This document shows positions 18,213-31,055 of a DNA stretch of 64,000 nucleotides, in pieces. The stretch spans positions 384,001 to 448,000 of the forward strand of contig CAWBVY010000006.1 of assembly GCA_963792415.1 (NCBI GenBank). The letters are read 5' to 3'. Made by a program: the position numbers and the translations under genes. Every line of letters starts with the position of its first letter. The first letter of the stretch is position 1. The notes beneath the pieces were generated by a model. It did not search any database, was not told the origin of the DNA, and saw only the letters and a list, made by a program, of their open reading frames with translations. This stretch comes from Candidatus Deferrimicrobiaceae bacterium (GTDB lineage: Bacteria > Desulfobacterota > Deferrimicrobia > Deferrimicrobiales > Deferrimicrobiaceae).

Positions 18213-19631
18213 TTAGACGCGGACCGAGCCGCGGAACAGCGGCAACTGCTCCCCGGGCTCCTCGATCTCGAGCGGAATCGAGTAGTTCCCCGAGAAGCAG
18301 GCGTCGCAGTAGGTCGTTTTCCCGTTCGGCACGCAGGCGTGGAGGCCCTCCATGCTGAGGTACCCGAGGCTGTCGGAGGTGAGATAGGTGTTCGTCTCCT
18401 CCCTCGTGTGGGTCGCGGCGATGAGGTCCCGCCGCAGCGGGGTGTCGATTCCGTAGAAGCACGGGTAGCACGTCGGGGGGGAGCTGATGCGGAAGTGGAC
18501 CTCTTCGGCCCCGGCCGCCCGGATCATCTTGATGATCTTGCGCCCGGTGGTCCCGCGAACGATGGAGTCGTCCACCACGATGACCCGTTTCCCGGAGACG
18601 ACCCCGCGCACGGCGTTCAGCTTGATCTTCACGCCGAAGTGGCGGATCGACTGCTGCGGCTCGATGAAGGTGCGCCCCACGTAATGGTTCCGGATGAGAC
18701 CCATCTCGAAGGGGATCCCGGACGCCTCCGAGAACCCCAGGGCCGCGGGGACGCCCGAGTCGGGCACGGGGATGACGACATCGGCGTCCGCCGGGCACTC
18801 CTTCGCCAGCTGCCGCCCGAGGGCCTTGCGGACCCCGTAGATGCTGGTGCCGCCCATGATCGAGTCCGGACGGGCGAAGTAGACGTGTTCGAAGATGCAG
18901 AACCGCTCGACCGCCGGGAGAAACGGCCGGTGGGAGTGCGTCCCCCGGGCGTCGACGACGACCATCTCGCCCGGCTCGACCTCCCGCAGGTACTCCGCCT
19001 CGATCAGGTCGAGCGCGCACGACTCCGAGGTGATGACCGTCCCCCCCTCTCCCTTCATCTTCCCGAGGGCGAGCGGCCGGATCCCGTGGGGGTCGCGCAC
19101 CCCGATCAGCTTGTCCCGCGTCATGAAGAGGAGGGAATACGCGCCGCGGACCTGGTTCAGCGCATCGACGATCCGATCCTCGATCCGCTCCTTCCTGGAG
19201 CGGGCGATGAGGTGGACGAAGACCTCGGTGTCCATCGACGACTGGAAGATGGAGCCGGAGACCTCGAGCTCCCGCTTGAGCTCCTGGGCGTTCACGAGGT
19301 TGCCGTTGTGGGCGACGGCGATGGAGCCGGATTCGAAATCGACCACGAGCGGCTGGGCGTTTTTCAGCTCCGAACTGCCCGTCGTGGAGTACCGGACGTG
19401 CCCGATGGCGGTGTGCCCCGGCAGCCGGGAAAGGATCTCCTCCGAGAAGATGTCGGCGACCAGCCCCATCTCCTTGTGGAAGATGATCCTTTCGCCGTCG
19501 GTGCTGGCGATCCCGGCGCTCTCCTGGCCCCGATGCTGCAGCGCGTAGAGACCCAGGTACGCCATGTTGGACGCCTCGGGATGCCCGTGGATCCCGAAGA
19601 CGCCGCACTCGTCGTGCCAGCTGTCGGACAT
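18213..19631 (-). CDS. purF: amidophosphoribosyltransferase
   Basis: propeptide then [54 protein letters not shown]. Confidence 0.98.
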   Translation of the reverse strand: MSDSWHDECGVFGIHGHPEASNMAYLGLYALQHRGQESAGIASTDGERIIFHKEMGLVADIFSEEILSRLPGHTAIGHVRYSTTGSSELKNAQPLVVDFESGSIAVAHNGNLVNAQELKRELEVSGSIFQSSMDTEVFVHLIARSRKERIEDRIVDALNQVRGAYSLLFMTRDKLIGVRDPHGIRPLALGKMKGEGGTVITSESCALDLIEAEYLREVEPGEMVVVDARGTHSHRPFLPAVERFCIFEHVYFARPDSIMGGTSIYGVRKALGRQLAKECPADADVVIPVPDSGVPAALGFSEASGIPFEMGLIRNHYVGRTFIEPQQSIRHFGVKIKLNAVRGVVSGKRVIVVDDSIVRGTTGRKIIKMIRAAGAEEVHFRISSPPTCYPCFYGIDTPLRRDLIAATHTREETNTYLTSDSLGYLSMEGLHACVPNGKTTYCDACFSGNYSIPLEIEEPGEQLPLFRGSVRV

Positions 19632-19641
19632 TCGCGATCCC

Positions 19642-21869
<2,228 letters not shown>

Positions 21870-21873
<4 letters not shown>

Positions 21874-22571
21874 GGCGTCCTCTCCCCGAGCCAGGCGATC
21901 ATCGCGTCGAACAGGCGGCGGCCGTCGCCGCTCCCCAGCGCCGTTTCCGAGGACCGTTCCGGGTGGGGCATCATTCCGAGGACGTTTCCTCCCTCGCTGC
22001 AGATCCCGGCGATGTTCCGCGCAGAGCCGTTCGGGTTCGACTCCCTCGTCACCTCCCCTGCCGGGTCGCAGTAGCGGAAGACCACCTGGCCCCGCTCCTC
22101 GAGGGAGGACAAGGTCCGCTCGTCGGCGAAGTAGTTCCCCTGGTAATGCGCCACGGGGATCTTGAGGACCGTCCCCACGGGGATTCCCCGAGTGAACGGC
22201 GTCCGATCCGTGTCGGCGCGCAGGTGGACGTAGTCGCAGACGAACCGGAGGGAGTCGTTCACGATCATCGCCCCCGGGAGAAGCCCCGCCTCCAGGAGGA
22301 TCTGGAAGCCGTTGCAGATCCCGATGACCGGCCCCCCGCCCTCCGCGAACCGGCGCACCGCCTCCATCACGGGAGACAGCTTCGCCATCGCCCCCGACCG
22401 CAGGTAGTCGCCGTAGGTGAAGCCCCCGGGAATGACGACGGCGTCGAAGCCGTCGAGGGAGGAACTCTTGTGCCAGACGAACTCCGCGTCCACCCCGACC
22501 ACGTGCTTCAGGGCGTGGTAGGCGTCGTGGTCGCAGTTGGAGCCGGGGAATACGAGGACGGCGGCCTTCAT
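21870..22571 (-). CDS. purQ: FGAM synthase glutaminase subunit PurQ
   Basis: [38 protein letters not shown]. Confidence 0.98.
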
Positions 22572-22581
22572 CGCGCTCCCC

Positions 22582-22824
22582 CTACTCCCCGATCTCGATC
22601 CGGTACTCTTCGATCACCGTGTTCGCCAGCAGGCGGCGGCACGCCTCGTCGAGGCGGCGACGCGCTTCCTCGACCCCGATCTCCTTGAGCGTGATCTCCA
22701 TGAACTTTCCGACACGGACATCCTCCACCCCGTCGATTCCGAGGTGGGAGAGCGACGCGCGGATCGCTTTCCCCTGCGGGTCGAGGACCCCCCGCTTCAG
22801 CGTGACGTGGATTTTCGCCTTCAC
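22582..22824 (-). CDS. purS: FGAM synthase subunit PurS
   Basis: VTLKRGVLDPQGKAI, VRVGK, LLANTVIE; GTGA overlap with purB. Confidence 0.96.
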   Translation of the reverse strand: MKAKIHVTLKRGVLDPQGKAIRASLSHLGIDGVEDVRVGKFMEITLKEIGVEEARRRLDEACRRLLANTVIEEYRIEIGE

Positions 22825-24131
22825 GCCTTCCCTCCCTTTCCTGCGAACACCCGGTCGATGATCCCGTCGATGTTCTTCAGGTAGTAGTCGATGTCGAACA
22901 GCCCGTCGAACTCCTTTTTCGAGAGCGCGGCGCGCACGTCCCTGTCCTTCCAGAGGAGCGCGGCGAGCGGTTTCCCGGTCTTCCACGACCGCATCGCGGA
23001 TCGCTGCACCACCTCGTACGCCGTTTCCCTCGAGAAGCCCTTCGCCGCGAGGGCGAGAAGCACGCGCTGCGAGTACAGGAGCCCGTGGGTGCTCTCGAGG
23101 TTTTTCCGCATCCTGTCGGGGTAGACGAGGAGCTTTTCCATCATCCCACGGAACCGTCCGAGCGCGAAGTGGAGGAGGATGGTGGCGTCGGGGGCGATCA
23201 CCCGCTCCGCGGAAGAGTGGCTGATGTCCCGCTCGTGCCAGAGCGCCATGTTTTCCATCGCCGTTACGGAGTAGCCGCGCAGCAGCCGCGAGAGGCCGGA
23301 GAGGTTTTCGGAGAGGACGGGATTCCGCTTGTGAGGCATGGCGGAAGACCCTTTCTGGCCCGCGGAGAAGAATTCCTCCACCTCGAGGACCTCGGTGCGC
23401 TGCAGGTGACGGATCTCCGTCGAGAACTTGTCGAGGGACGAGGCGACGATGGCGAGCGTGGCGAACACCTCGGCGTGCCGGTCCCGCTGGACCACCTGGG
23501 TGGAGGCGGGTGCGGGCGAGAGCCGAAGCTTCCGGCAGACGAACTCTTCCACGAAGGGATCGATGTTGGCGAAGGTTCCGACCGCCCCGGAGATCTTCCC
23601 GACCGAGATCACGTCGCGCGCGCGAACGAGGCGGGCGATGTCGCGGCGCATCTCGTCGGCCCACAGCGCCATCTTCCAACCGAACGTCACCGGCTCCGCG
23701 TGGATGCCGTGCGTTCGGCCGATCATCACGGTACCCCGGTGCTCGAGGGCACGGGCCTTCAGGACCTCGAAGACCGCCTTCGCTTCGCGGATCAGGAGCG
23801 TGAGGGACTGCCGCATCTGGACGGCGAAGGCGGTGTCCAGAACGTCGGAGCTCGTCATCCCCACGTGGAGGAAGCGGGAGTCGTCGCCGATGTGCTCGGC
23901 CACGGAGGTAAGGAAGGCGATTACGTCGTGCTTGACCTTTTTCTCGATCTCGTTGATCCGCGGGACGTCGAAGGACGCCTTTTTCCGGACCCGCGCGAGG
24001 GCGTCCGCGGGGATCCACCCCTTGCGGACCATCGCCTCCATCGCGAGGATCTCTATGTCGAGCCAGATCCGGAACCGGTTCTCGTCGTGCCAGATGGCCG
24101 CCATCTCCGGCCGCGTGTACCGTTCGATCAC
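22821..24131 (-). CDS. purB: adenylosuccinate lyase
   Basis: GTG start IERYTRPEM, HDVIAF, GMTSSD, GRTHGIHAEP, GSSAMPHKRNP, WHERDISHS. Confidence 0.97.
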   Translation of the reverse strand: MIERYTRPEMAAIWHDENRFRIWLDIEILAMEAMVRKGWIPADALARVRKKASFDVPRINEIEKKVKHDVIAFLTSVAEHIGDDSRFLHVGMTSSDVLDTAFAVQMRQSLTLLIREAKAVFEVLKARALEHRGTVMIGRTHGIHAEPVTFGWKMALWADEMRRDIARLVRARDVISVGKISGAVGTFANIDPFVEEFVCRKLRLSPAPASTQVVQRDRHAEVFATLAIVASSLDKFSTEIRHLQRTEVLEVEEFFSAGQKGSSAMPHKRNPVLSENLSGLSRLLRGYSVTAMENMALWHERDISHSSAERVIAPDATILLHFALGRFRGMMEKLLVYPDRMRKNLESTHGLLYSQRVLLALAAKGFSRETAYEVVQRSAMRSWKTGKPLAALLWKDRDVRAALSKKEFDGLFDIDYYLKNIDGIIDRVFAGKGGKA

Positions 24132-24172
24132 GTCGTCACCCCCTGGTGCAGCGTCTCCGCGAACCGGAGCGC

Positions 24173-24622
24173 TTATCTCCCCGTGTGCCCGAACCCGCCT
24201 TCTCCCCGCGGAGTCCCCTCGAGTTCCGACACGACTTCGAGACGCGCCCGCAGCGTCCCGGAAAAGACGATCTGCGCGACCCGGTCCCCGCGCCGGACGG
24301 GAAACGGTTCCTCCCCGAAGTTCGCCAGGATCACGCACACCTCGCCGCGGTAATCGGAGTCGATCGTCCCCGGAGCGTTGAGACACGTCACGCCGTGGCG
24401 GATCGCCAGGCCGCTGCGCGGCCGCACCTGCCCCTCCACCCCCGGCGGCATCGACAGGGCGATCCCCGTCGGGATCATCGCCCTCCCCATCGGCGGGATC
24501 ACGATCTCGCCGTCGACGTCGGCTTTCAGGTCCATCCCGGCCGACCCTTCCGTCTGGTACGCGGGGAGCGAATCCTTCCCCGCGCGCAGCAACCGGACCC
24601 GGATCGGGCATTCCGCACCCAT
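24173..24622 (-). CDS. dut: dUTP diphosphatase
   Basis: AGMDL, QVRPRSGLA, PGTIDSDYRGE, GDRVAQ, RGEGGFGHTG. Confidence 0.97.
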   Translation of the reverse strand: MGAECPIRVRLLRAGKDSLPAYQTEGSAGMDLKADVDGEIVIPPMGRAMIPTGIALSMPPGVEGQVRPRSGLAIRHGVTCLNAPGTIDSDYRGEVCVILANFGEEPFPVRRGDRVAQIVFSGTLRARLEVVSELEGTPRGEGGFGHTGR

Positions 24623-24626
24623 AGGG

Positions 24627-25871
24627 TTAAAAAGATAGACCCGCGTCGGGAAGGTCGCCGACGGCCGCCAGCGTGAAGCGGTCCCTGCGAAGCACCTCCG
24701 CCGCGAGCGAGCGCACTTCCTCCGGTGTAACGGCGTCGACGCGGTCGAGGAGCGCCTCCGGGGGCTCCAGGCGGTTGAGGAACATCTCGTTCATCGCGAG
24801 GCACGACATCCGGTACCCGGTGCTTTCCAGCGAAAGAAGGGTGTTCCCCTTGATGAGTTCCTTCCCGAACGCGACCTCCTCGTCCGTGACCCCGCCCCGC
24901 TGGAGGACGTCCACCACGTCGCCCGCGACGGAGAGCACCTCGGCGGCGGAATCACGCCCCGTGCCGGCGTAGATGTCCACGACCCCGGCGTCCGCGTAGG
25001 CGGACAGGGAAGAGCCCACGGAGTACGCAAGGCCGCGCTCCTCGCGGACCTGCTGGAAAAGCCGGCTGCTGGAACTCCCTCCGAGAATCGCGTTCAGCAC
25101 GTCCATCGCGTAGATCCGCTCGCTCCGGCGCGAAACGCCCGGGGCGCCGAGGCACAGGTGCACCTGCTCGAGAGGCCTCCGCCTGAGGAACGTCCCCCGC
25201 ACCGGCTCCGTGGGAGGGACGGGAACCAGCGGCTCCCCGAGCGGGAGCGAGGAGAGAGCGCGTTCGAACGCCTCCGCAACGGCAACGTGCGGGAGGTTCC
25301 CCACCGTCGTCACCACGATCCCCGTCCGCCGGAACCGGTCGTCGAAATACCCCGTAAGGAGGGCCCGGTCGAACCGGCCGACGCTCTCCGCGGACCCCTG
25401 CACGGGAAACCCCAGCGGGTGCCCCCCCCAGTACGCCGCGTTGAAGTAATCGTGGAGGTACTCCTCGGGCGTGTCGTCCACCATGAGGATCTCCTGGAGG
25501 ATGACGCCCCTCTCGCGATCCAGTTCCGCCTCGTCGAAGAGGGAGTTCCGATAGATGTCGGCAAGCAGGTCCACGAGAAGGGGAAAATCCTTTTCCATCG
25601 CCTTGGCGAAGAAGTACGTGTACTCCCTGGAGGTGCAGGCGTTCATCGTGCCGCCCACCGATTCGATGGCCCTGGAGATGTCCACGGCTCTCCGGCGGGG
25701 CGTCCCCTTGAACAGCATGTGCTCGATGAAATGCGCGACGCCGCTTTCGGCCGGCGTTTCCGCGCGCGAGCCCACCGGCACCCAGATCCCCACGGTGGCG
25801 GATCGCAACCAGGAGACCTGTTCGGTGACGATGGCGACGCCGTTGCCGAGGAGGGTACGGGCGACCGTCAT
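24627..25871 (-). CDS. M16 family zinc peptidase
   Basis: inverted zinc motif HFIEHMLFKGT, GGTMNACT, SSRLFQQVREERGLAYSV; usual position after pnp. Confidence 0.94.
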   Translation of the reverse strand: MTVARTLLGNGVAIVTEQVSWLRSATVGIWVPVGSRAETPAESGVAHFIEHMLFKGTPRRRAVDISRAIESVGGTMNACTSREYTYFFAKAMEKDFPLLVDLLADIYRNSLFDEAELDRERGVILQEILMVDDTPEEYLHDYFNAAYWGGHPLGFPVQGSAESVGRFDRALLTGYFDDRFRRTGIVVTTVGNLPHVAVAEAFERALSSLPLGEPLVPVPPTEPVRGTFLRRRPLEQVHLCLGAPGVSRRSERIYAMDVLNAILGGSSSSRLFQQVREERGLAYSVGSSLSAYADAGVVDIYAGTGRDSAAEVLSVAGDVVDVLQRGGVTDEEVAFGKELIKGNTLLSLESTGYRMSCLAMNEMFLNRLEPPEALLDRVDAVTPEEVRSLAAEVLRRDRFTLAAVGDLPDAGLSF

Positions 25872-25884
25872 CGACGTCGGCCGA

Positions 25885-28080
25885 CTATCGGCGTCCCCTT
25901 CCCCCGCCGCGGCCGCCGTCCCGCCCGCGATCCCGTCCCGGGTCGCCCTTCTCCCTGTCCCGGTCCTGTCCCGGCGGCGGGCCCGTGGCCTCGGGGAACC
26001 TCCCCTCCTCCTCGAACTCCTTGTGGGAGAGGCGGATCTTCCCGTCCCGGTCCACCTCGAGTACGCGGACGGTGACGTCGTCCCCCTCCTTGAAGCAGTC
26101 CGCGACGTTGACGCGGTGCTTCGAGATCTGGGAAACGTGGAGCAGGCCGTCGGTGCCGGGGAAGAGTTCCACGAAGGCGCCGAAATCCATGATCTTGCGT
26201 ACCCTTCCCTCGTAGACCTTTCCCACCTCGGCGCTCTGCGTGATCCCCTCGATGATGGAGATGGCCGCCCGCGCCGAGTCGGCGTTCACCGCTGCGATCT
26301 TCACGGTGCCGTCGTCGTCGATGTCGATCTTCACGCCCGTCTGCTCCTGAATCCCGCGGATGATCTTCCCTCCCGGGCCGATGATCTCCCGGATCTTGTC
26401 GGTCTTCACCATCATGACGTAGATCCGCGGGGCGTACGGGGAGAGATCGGCGCGGTGCTTGTCGATCACGGCGTTCATCTTCTCGAGGATGTGGAGCCGA
26501 CCCTCGCGGGCCTGCCGGAGGGCGGAGAGCATGATTTCGCGGCTGACGCCGCCGATCTTTATGTCCATCTGGATGGCGGTCACCCCGTTCCTCGTTCCCG
26601 CCACCTTGAAGTCCATGTCGCCAAGGTGATCCTCGTCCCCGAGGATGTCGGAAAGGACCGCAACGTCGTCCCCCTCCTTGATGAGCCCCATCGCGATGCC
26701 GGAAACGGCTCCGGAGGTCGGGACCCCGGCGTCCATCATCGCGAGGGACGCCCCGCACACCGTGGCCATGGAGGAGGACCCGTTGGACTCGAGGACCTCG
26801 GAAACGATGCGCACCGTATAGGGGAAGTCGACGTTCTTCGGCAGCACCTTCGACACGGCGCGCTCCGCGAGCGCCCCGTGCCCTACCTCGCGGCGGCCGG
26901 GACCGCGCAGCATCTTGACCTCGCCGACGCTGAAGGGCGGGAAGTTGTAATGAAGCATGAACGACTTGGTGGTGTCCCCCATGATCGAGTCGATCCGCTG
27001 CTCATCCTGAGACGTCCCGAGGGTGGCCATAACGAGGGCCTGCGTCTCGCCCCGGGTGAAGACGGCGGATCCGTGCGTGCGGGGGAGCACCCCTACCTCG
27101 CAGGAGATGGCGCGGACGTCCGTCAGTCCACGGCCGTCGATCCGCTTTTTCTCCCGGAGGATCGTCCCGCGGACGTACTTCTTTTCCAGGCTTTTCAGGG
27201 CGTCGGAGATCAGAGCCCCCTTCTCCGCGCGCTCATCGTCGGTGAAGGCGGTGCGAACCGACTCGCCGATCGCCTCGATCCGCTTGCGCCGGTCCTGCTT
27301 CTCCCGGATGGCGTACGCCTCGGCGAAAGGAGCCTCGGCGATCGATGCGATCTTCCCCAGGTCTTCCGCCGAGAGGGCCTTCTTCTCGAAGACACGCTTC
27401 TCCTTGCCGATCTCCCGGGCCATCCGCTCCTGGAGATCGAGGATCGGGACCAGCGACCGGTGCGCAAAGAGGATCGCGTCGAGCACCTCCTCCTCGGATG
27501 CCTCGTTCGACTCTCCCTCGACCATCAGGATCGCGTCGCGGCTTCCGGCGACGAAGATGTTCAGGTCGCTCCGCTCGAAGTCGGGAAGGACGGGGTTGAC
27601 CACCAGTTTCCCGTCGATCCGGCCGACCCGCGCCCCGGCGATCGGCCCGGCGAAGGGGATCTCGGAGATCGAGAGCGCGGCCGAGGCGCCGATCATGGCC
27701 AGGATCCCCGTGTCGTTCTCCTTGTCCGCGGAGAGAACGGTCGCGACGATCTGGATCTCGTTGTAGAACCCTTTCGGAAAGAGGGGACGGATGGGCCGGT
27801 CGATCATCCGGGAGGTGAGGATCTCGTACTCGGAGAGCCTCCCCTCGCGCTTGAAGAAGCCGCCCGGGATCTTTCCGACCGCGGAGGTCTTCTCCACGTA
27901 GTCGACGACCAGCGGGAGGAAGTCGATCCCAGGGCGGGGATTCTCGGAGAGGCACGCGGTGACCAGCACGACCGATTCCCCGTAGCGGACGACCGCAGCG
28001 CCGCCGGCCTGGCGGGCCCAACGACCCGATTCTATGGACAGGTTCCGTCCGGATACTTCAATTTCGTACACGTTACCCAC
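25885..28080 (-). CDS. pnp: polyribonucleotide nucleotidyltransferase
   Basis: [53 protein letters not shown] and S1 domains. Confidence 0.98.
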   Translation of the reverse strand: MGNVYEIEVSGRNLSIESGRWARQAGGAAVVRYGESVVLVTACLSENPRPGIDFLPLVVDYVEKTSAVGKIPGGFFKREGRLSEYEILTSRMIDRPIRPLFPKGFYNEIQIVATVLSADKENDTGILAMIGASAALSISEIPFAGPIAGARVGRIDGKLVVNPVLPDFERSDLNIFVAGSRDAILMVEGESNEASEEEVLDAILFAHRSLVPILDLQERMAREIGKEKRVFEKKALSAEDLGKIASIAEAPFAEAYAIREKQDRRKRIEAIGESVRTAFTDDERAEKGALISDALKSLEKKYVRGTILREKKRIDGRGLTDVRAISCEVGVLPRTHGSAVFTRGETQALVMATLGTSQDEQRIDSIMGDTTKSFMLHYNFPPFSVGEVKMLRGPGRREVGHGALAERAVSKVLPKNVDFPYTVRIVSEVLESNGSSSMATVCGASLAMMDAGVPTSGAVSGIAMGLIKEGDDVAVLSDILGDEDHLGDMDFKVAGTRNGVTAIQMDIKIGGVSREIMLSALRQAREGRLHILEKMNAVIDKHRADLSPYAPRIYVMMVKTDKIREIIGPGGKIIRGIQEQTGVKIDIDDDGTVKIAAVNADSARAAISIIEGITQSAEVGKVYEGRVRKIMDFGAFVELFPGTDGLLHVSQISKHRVNVADCFKEGDDVTVRVLEVDRDGKIRLSHKEFEEEGRFPEATGPPPGQDRDREKGDPGRDRGRDGGRGGGRGRR

Positions 28081-28102
28081 AGTGATGGATTCCCTTCTCG
28101 TA

Positions 28103-28123
28103 GCGGTTCCCCGTGGGAACCGC
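28103..28123. other. stem-loop between rpsO and pnp (possible terminator or processing site)
   Basis: GCGGTTCCC-CGT-GGGAACCGC perfect 9-bp stem, no clear U-tract. Confidence 0.45.
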
Positions 28124-28161
28124 GGATTGTGTTGGCGGAAATTCCTGGAGCGATGCCGGGA

Positions 28162-28431
28162 CTACTTGCGAAGACCGAGCGTCTCCAGAAGGGCCTTGTA
28201 CCGGATCGATTCCACCGACTTCAGATAATCCAGCAGGCGCCGCCGCTGCCCGACCAGCTTGAGCAGGCCCCGTCGCGTGCTGAAGTCCTTGGAGTGAATC
28301 TTGAGGTGGTCCGTGATCATGTTGATCCGCTCCGTCAGGAGCGCGACCTGGACCTCGGGGGAACCGGTGTCCGTGTCATGAACACGGAACTTTCCGATGA
28401 TGTCGCTCTTTTTCTCGGTGACGAGACTCAT
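28162..28431 (-). CDS. rpsO: 30S ribosomal protein S15
   Basis: [39 protein letters not shown]. Confidence 0.98.
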   Translation of the reverse strand: MSLVTEKKSDIIGKFRVHDTDTGSPEVQVALLTERINMITDHLKIHSKDFSTRRGLLKLVGQRRRLLDYLKSVESIRYKALLETLGLRK

Positions 28432-28491
28432 GACCTTTTGCCTTTCTCCTTTCGTTGCGTCGAGAATGTTCCGTTTTTATTGAGGAATTAA

Positions 28492-28520
28492 TTTATACCA
28501 TATCCGACCTCGTATGTAAA
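28492..28520 (-). promoter_or_regulatory. sigma70 promoter of rpsO
   Basis: TTTACA-17 nt-TATAAA with TG extension, in an AT-rich patch. Confidence 0.65.
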
Positions 28521-29411
28521 TCAGATGCCCCGAACGATTTTCCAGAGCCCCGCCGGATCCCGGCCGACGATCGCCAGGGGCTCCCGCAGCGAAGTCACCA
28601 GCAGCGCGAAGTCCCCCCGCTCCGACGCGGCGCGATCGACCAGCCACGGCCCGGAAAGCCTTCCGTTTCGCACCTGGGAGATCGCCGCCGCCGGCACCTC
28701 CCAGCGCGGGAACCGCCCAAGCGCATCGACGATCGGGATGAGGAGGGAGTGCGCGTCGAGGCATCGTGCCCGTTCGCGCAACGCGTCCAGCGTCACCGCC
28801 TGCTCCAGGCGGAACGGCCCTACCCGGGTACGCCGCAGCTCCGAGACCGTCAACGGGACCCCGAGACGCGCGCCCAGATCTCGCGGCAGCGACCGTACGT
28901 AGAACCCCTTCGAGACGGAGAGAAACACCCGAAACCGGTCCGGCCCGGTAAAGAGGAGCCGCGCCTCGCGAACCGTGACCCGTCGCGCCGCGAGAGGAAC
29001 CTGCATCCCCTTCCGCGCGAGCTTGTAGGAGGGCACCCCGCCCACCTTGACCGCCGAGTACGCAGGGGGGACCTGCTCGAACGTCCCCACCAGAGCCGCC
29101 AGCGCCTCCGCCAGGGCGCCCTCCGGGACCGTGGCCCCGGGACGCTCCTCCACGGGCTTCCCCGTGGCGTCGCCGGTGTCCGTCGCGACGCCGACCGCGA
29201 ACCCCGCCTCGTACTCCTTTTCCTCCTCCGTGAGGTAGCCCGCGATCTTCGTGGCGGCTCCGACGCACACGGGCAGTACCCCGGTGGCCATCGGGTCGAG
29301 GGTGCCGGCGTGGCCGCACTTCCGCTCCCTGAGGATCCGACCCACTGCCTGGACCACGTCGAAGGAGGTGATCCCGGGGGGTTTGTCGACGACCAGCACC
29401 CCCGCCGTCAC
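28521..29411 (-). CDS. truB: tRNA pseudouridine(55) synthase
   Basis: DKPPGITS, GHAGTLDPMATGVL, QVPPAYSAVK, SKGFYVRSL, LRRTRVGPF; GTGA overlap. Confidence 0.96.
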   Translation of the reverse strand: MTAGVLVVDKPPGITSFDVVQAVGRILRERKCGHAGTLDPMATGVLPVCVGAATKIAGYLTEEEKEYEAGFAVGVATDTGDATGKPVEERPGATVPEGALAEALAALVGTFEQVPPAYSAVKVGGVPSYKLARKGMQVPLAARRVTVREARLLFTGPDRFRVFLSVSKGFYVRSLPRDLGARLGVPLTVSELRRTRVGPFRLEQAVTLDALRERARCLDAHSLLIPIVDALGRFPRWEVPAAAISQVRNGRLSGPWLVDRAASERGDFALLVTSLREPLAIVGRDPAGLWKIVRGI

Positions 29412-30370
29412 GACAACACGGCCGTAAGCGCCTCGAGCACTCTCTTCCTCACGTCGACGAGAGGCCCCGGGACGGAGCATCCGGCGGCGTTGCGGTGCCC
29501 TCCCCCGCCGAACCGGGCGGCGACGGCGGAGACATCGACGCGCCCCTTGGAGCGGAAGCTCACGCGGAAGACCCCCCCCTCCTCCTCGCGAAGGGAGACG
29601 GCGACTTCGACACCGACGATGGAACGGGGGTAATTGATGAATCCCTCGAGGGCATCCTTCCCTGCGGCGAACTCCCGCAGGTCTTCCCGCATCGTGGTGA
29701 TGAAGGCGACCCTTCCGTCGGCGAAAACCTCCAGGGATCCGAGCACCCGGCCGAGCAGCCGGAGACGGAGGGCGCTTTGCGTCTCGTAGACCTGCTCCGC
29801 CACGGCCCACGGATCGACCCCCCGGCGGACCATCTCCCCGGCCACTTCAAAGGCTTCCGGGGAAGAGCTCCCGTAATGGAACGATCCGGTGTCGGTCAGG
29901 ACCGCGACGTAGATGTTGGTCGCGACGTCGAGGCCGATCTCGTACCCCATCGCCGAGAGGACCCGGTGGACGAGGAGACCCGTCGCGGCGGCGTCGGGAT
30001 CGACCAGGGCGAGTTCCCCGAGATCGCCGTTCGACCGATGGTGGTCGATGTTGACGAGGAGGGGGCACTTCCGCAGTTCCTGGCCGACGCGCCCCGTCCG
30101 CTCCGGGGAGCCGCAATCCACCACGACCGCCACGTCGTACTTCGAACCGTCCTCCTCGAAGACGACCGTGCCCGCCCCCGGGAGAAAGAGAAGGTTGCCG
30201 GGAACCGGGTCGGCGTTCAGCACCGTCGCGGTCTTTCCCATCTTCCGCAGGGCCAGGGCGAGCGCCAGCTCGGAGCCGATCGCGTCCCCTTCCGGATTTT
30301 CGTGGCAGGCGATGAGGAAGCGGTCCTTTTCCCGCAGGACCCGGCAGACCGCGGAGAGGTCACCCCTCAT
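29408..30370 (-). CDS. nrnA: DHH family oligoribonuclease/pAp phosphatase
   Basis: HENPEGDAIGS, VVDC, NIDHH, TDTGSF, SFRS, GGGGHRNAAG. Confidence 0.9.
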   Translation of the reverse strand: MRGDLSAVCRVLREKDRFLIACHENPEGDAIGSELALALALRKMGKTATVLNADPVPGNLLFLPGAGTVVFEEDGSKYDVAVVVDCGSPERTGRVGQELRKCPLLVNIDHHRSNGDLGELALVDPDAAATGLLVHRVLSAMGYEIGLDVATNIYVAVLTDTGSFHYGSSSPEAFEVAGEMVRRGVDPWAVAEQVYETQSALRLRLLGRVLGSLEVFADGRVAFITTMREDLREFAAGKDALEGFINYPRSIVGVEVAVSLREEEGGVFRVSFRSKGRVDVSAVAARFGGGGHRNAAGCSVPGPLVDVRKRVLEALTAVLS

Positions 30371-30731
30371 CCGGACCTTCCTTCGCCTCCGGAATATCCC
30401 GGAGGATCGCGTCGATCCGGGCGCCGCGGTCGAACGAGTCGTCGTAATGGAACTGGAGCTCGGGGGCGTACCGCAGGCCGAGGCTATGGCCGAGCTCCCG
30501 CCGCAGGAAACCGGAGGACCGACGGAGCGCCTTGGCCACGGCCGGGCGGTCCGAAGTTGCGACGAGAGCGGAGTAATTCACGTGGGCGATCCGAAGGTCG
30601 GGGGTGACGGATACCTCGGTGACGGTGACCGACACCAGCCCGGGGTCGTTCACCTTCCGCAGCAGGAGGAGGGAGAGCTCTTCCCGGATCTTTTCACCGA
30701 CACGCGCGGGGCGGTCACCGCGGCCCTTCAT
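30360..30731 (-). CDS. rbfA: 30S ribosome-binding factor
   Basis: RPARVGEKIREEL, VSVTPDL, GFLRRELG, LRYAPELQFHYDDS. Confidence 0.96.
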   Translation of the reverse strand: MKGRGDRPARVGEKIREELSLLLLRKVNDPGLVSVTVTEVSVTPDLRIAHVNYSALVATSDRPAVAKALRRSSGFLRRELGHSLGLRYAPELQFHYDDSFDRGARIDAILRDIPEAKEGPDEG

Positions 30732-31033
30732 TCCGTTTCGCTCCCCTCGGGGTGGAAGAACTCGACGCGGGAGGAGAGAAGTTCCACCTCGCCGTCTCGG
30801 CCGATCCCCCCGGCGATCCGGTCGAGCATCGACCGGGCGAGGCGCCCGTCGGTGGTGACCAGCGCCGCGCCGACGGTCCCCCGCTGCCAGAGATCCTGTC
30901 CCCCCACCTCGGCGACCGATACGGGGTAGTTGGCGCGGATCCGCGCGACGAGGCTCACGAGGCGCCGCCGCTTGTCCTTGAGGGACGCGGCGTCCGGGAA
31001 GAGAAGCTCCGCGATCAGGACCGCCACCAGCAA
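30728..31033 (-). CDS. DUF503 (YlxP-like) protein
   Basis: SLKDKRR, VSVAEVGGQDLWQR; located between infB and rbfA. Confidence 0.9.
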   Translation of the reverse strand: MLVAVLIAELLFPDAASLKDKRRRLVSLVARIRANYPVSVAEVGGQDLWQRGTVGAALVTTDGRLARSMLDRIAGGIGRDGEVELLSSRVEFFHPEGSETE

Positions 31034-31055
31034 CCGATTCCCCCACCCGCGTACG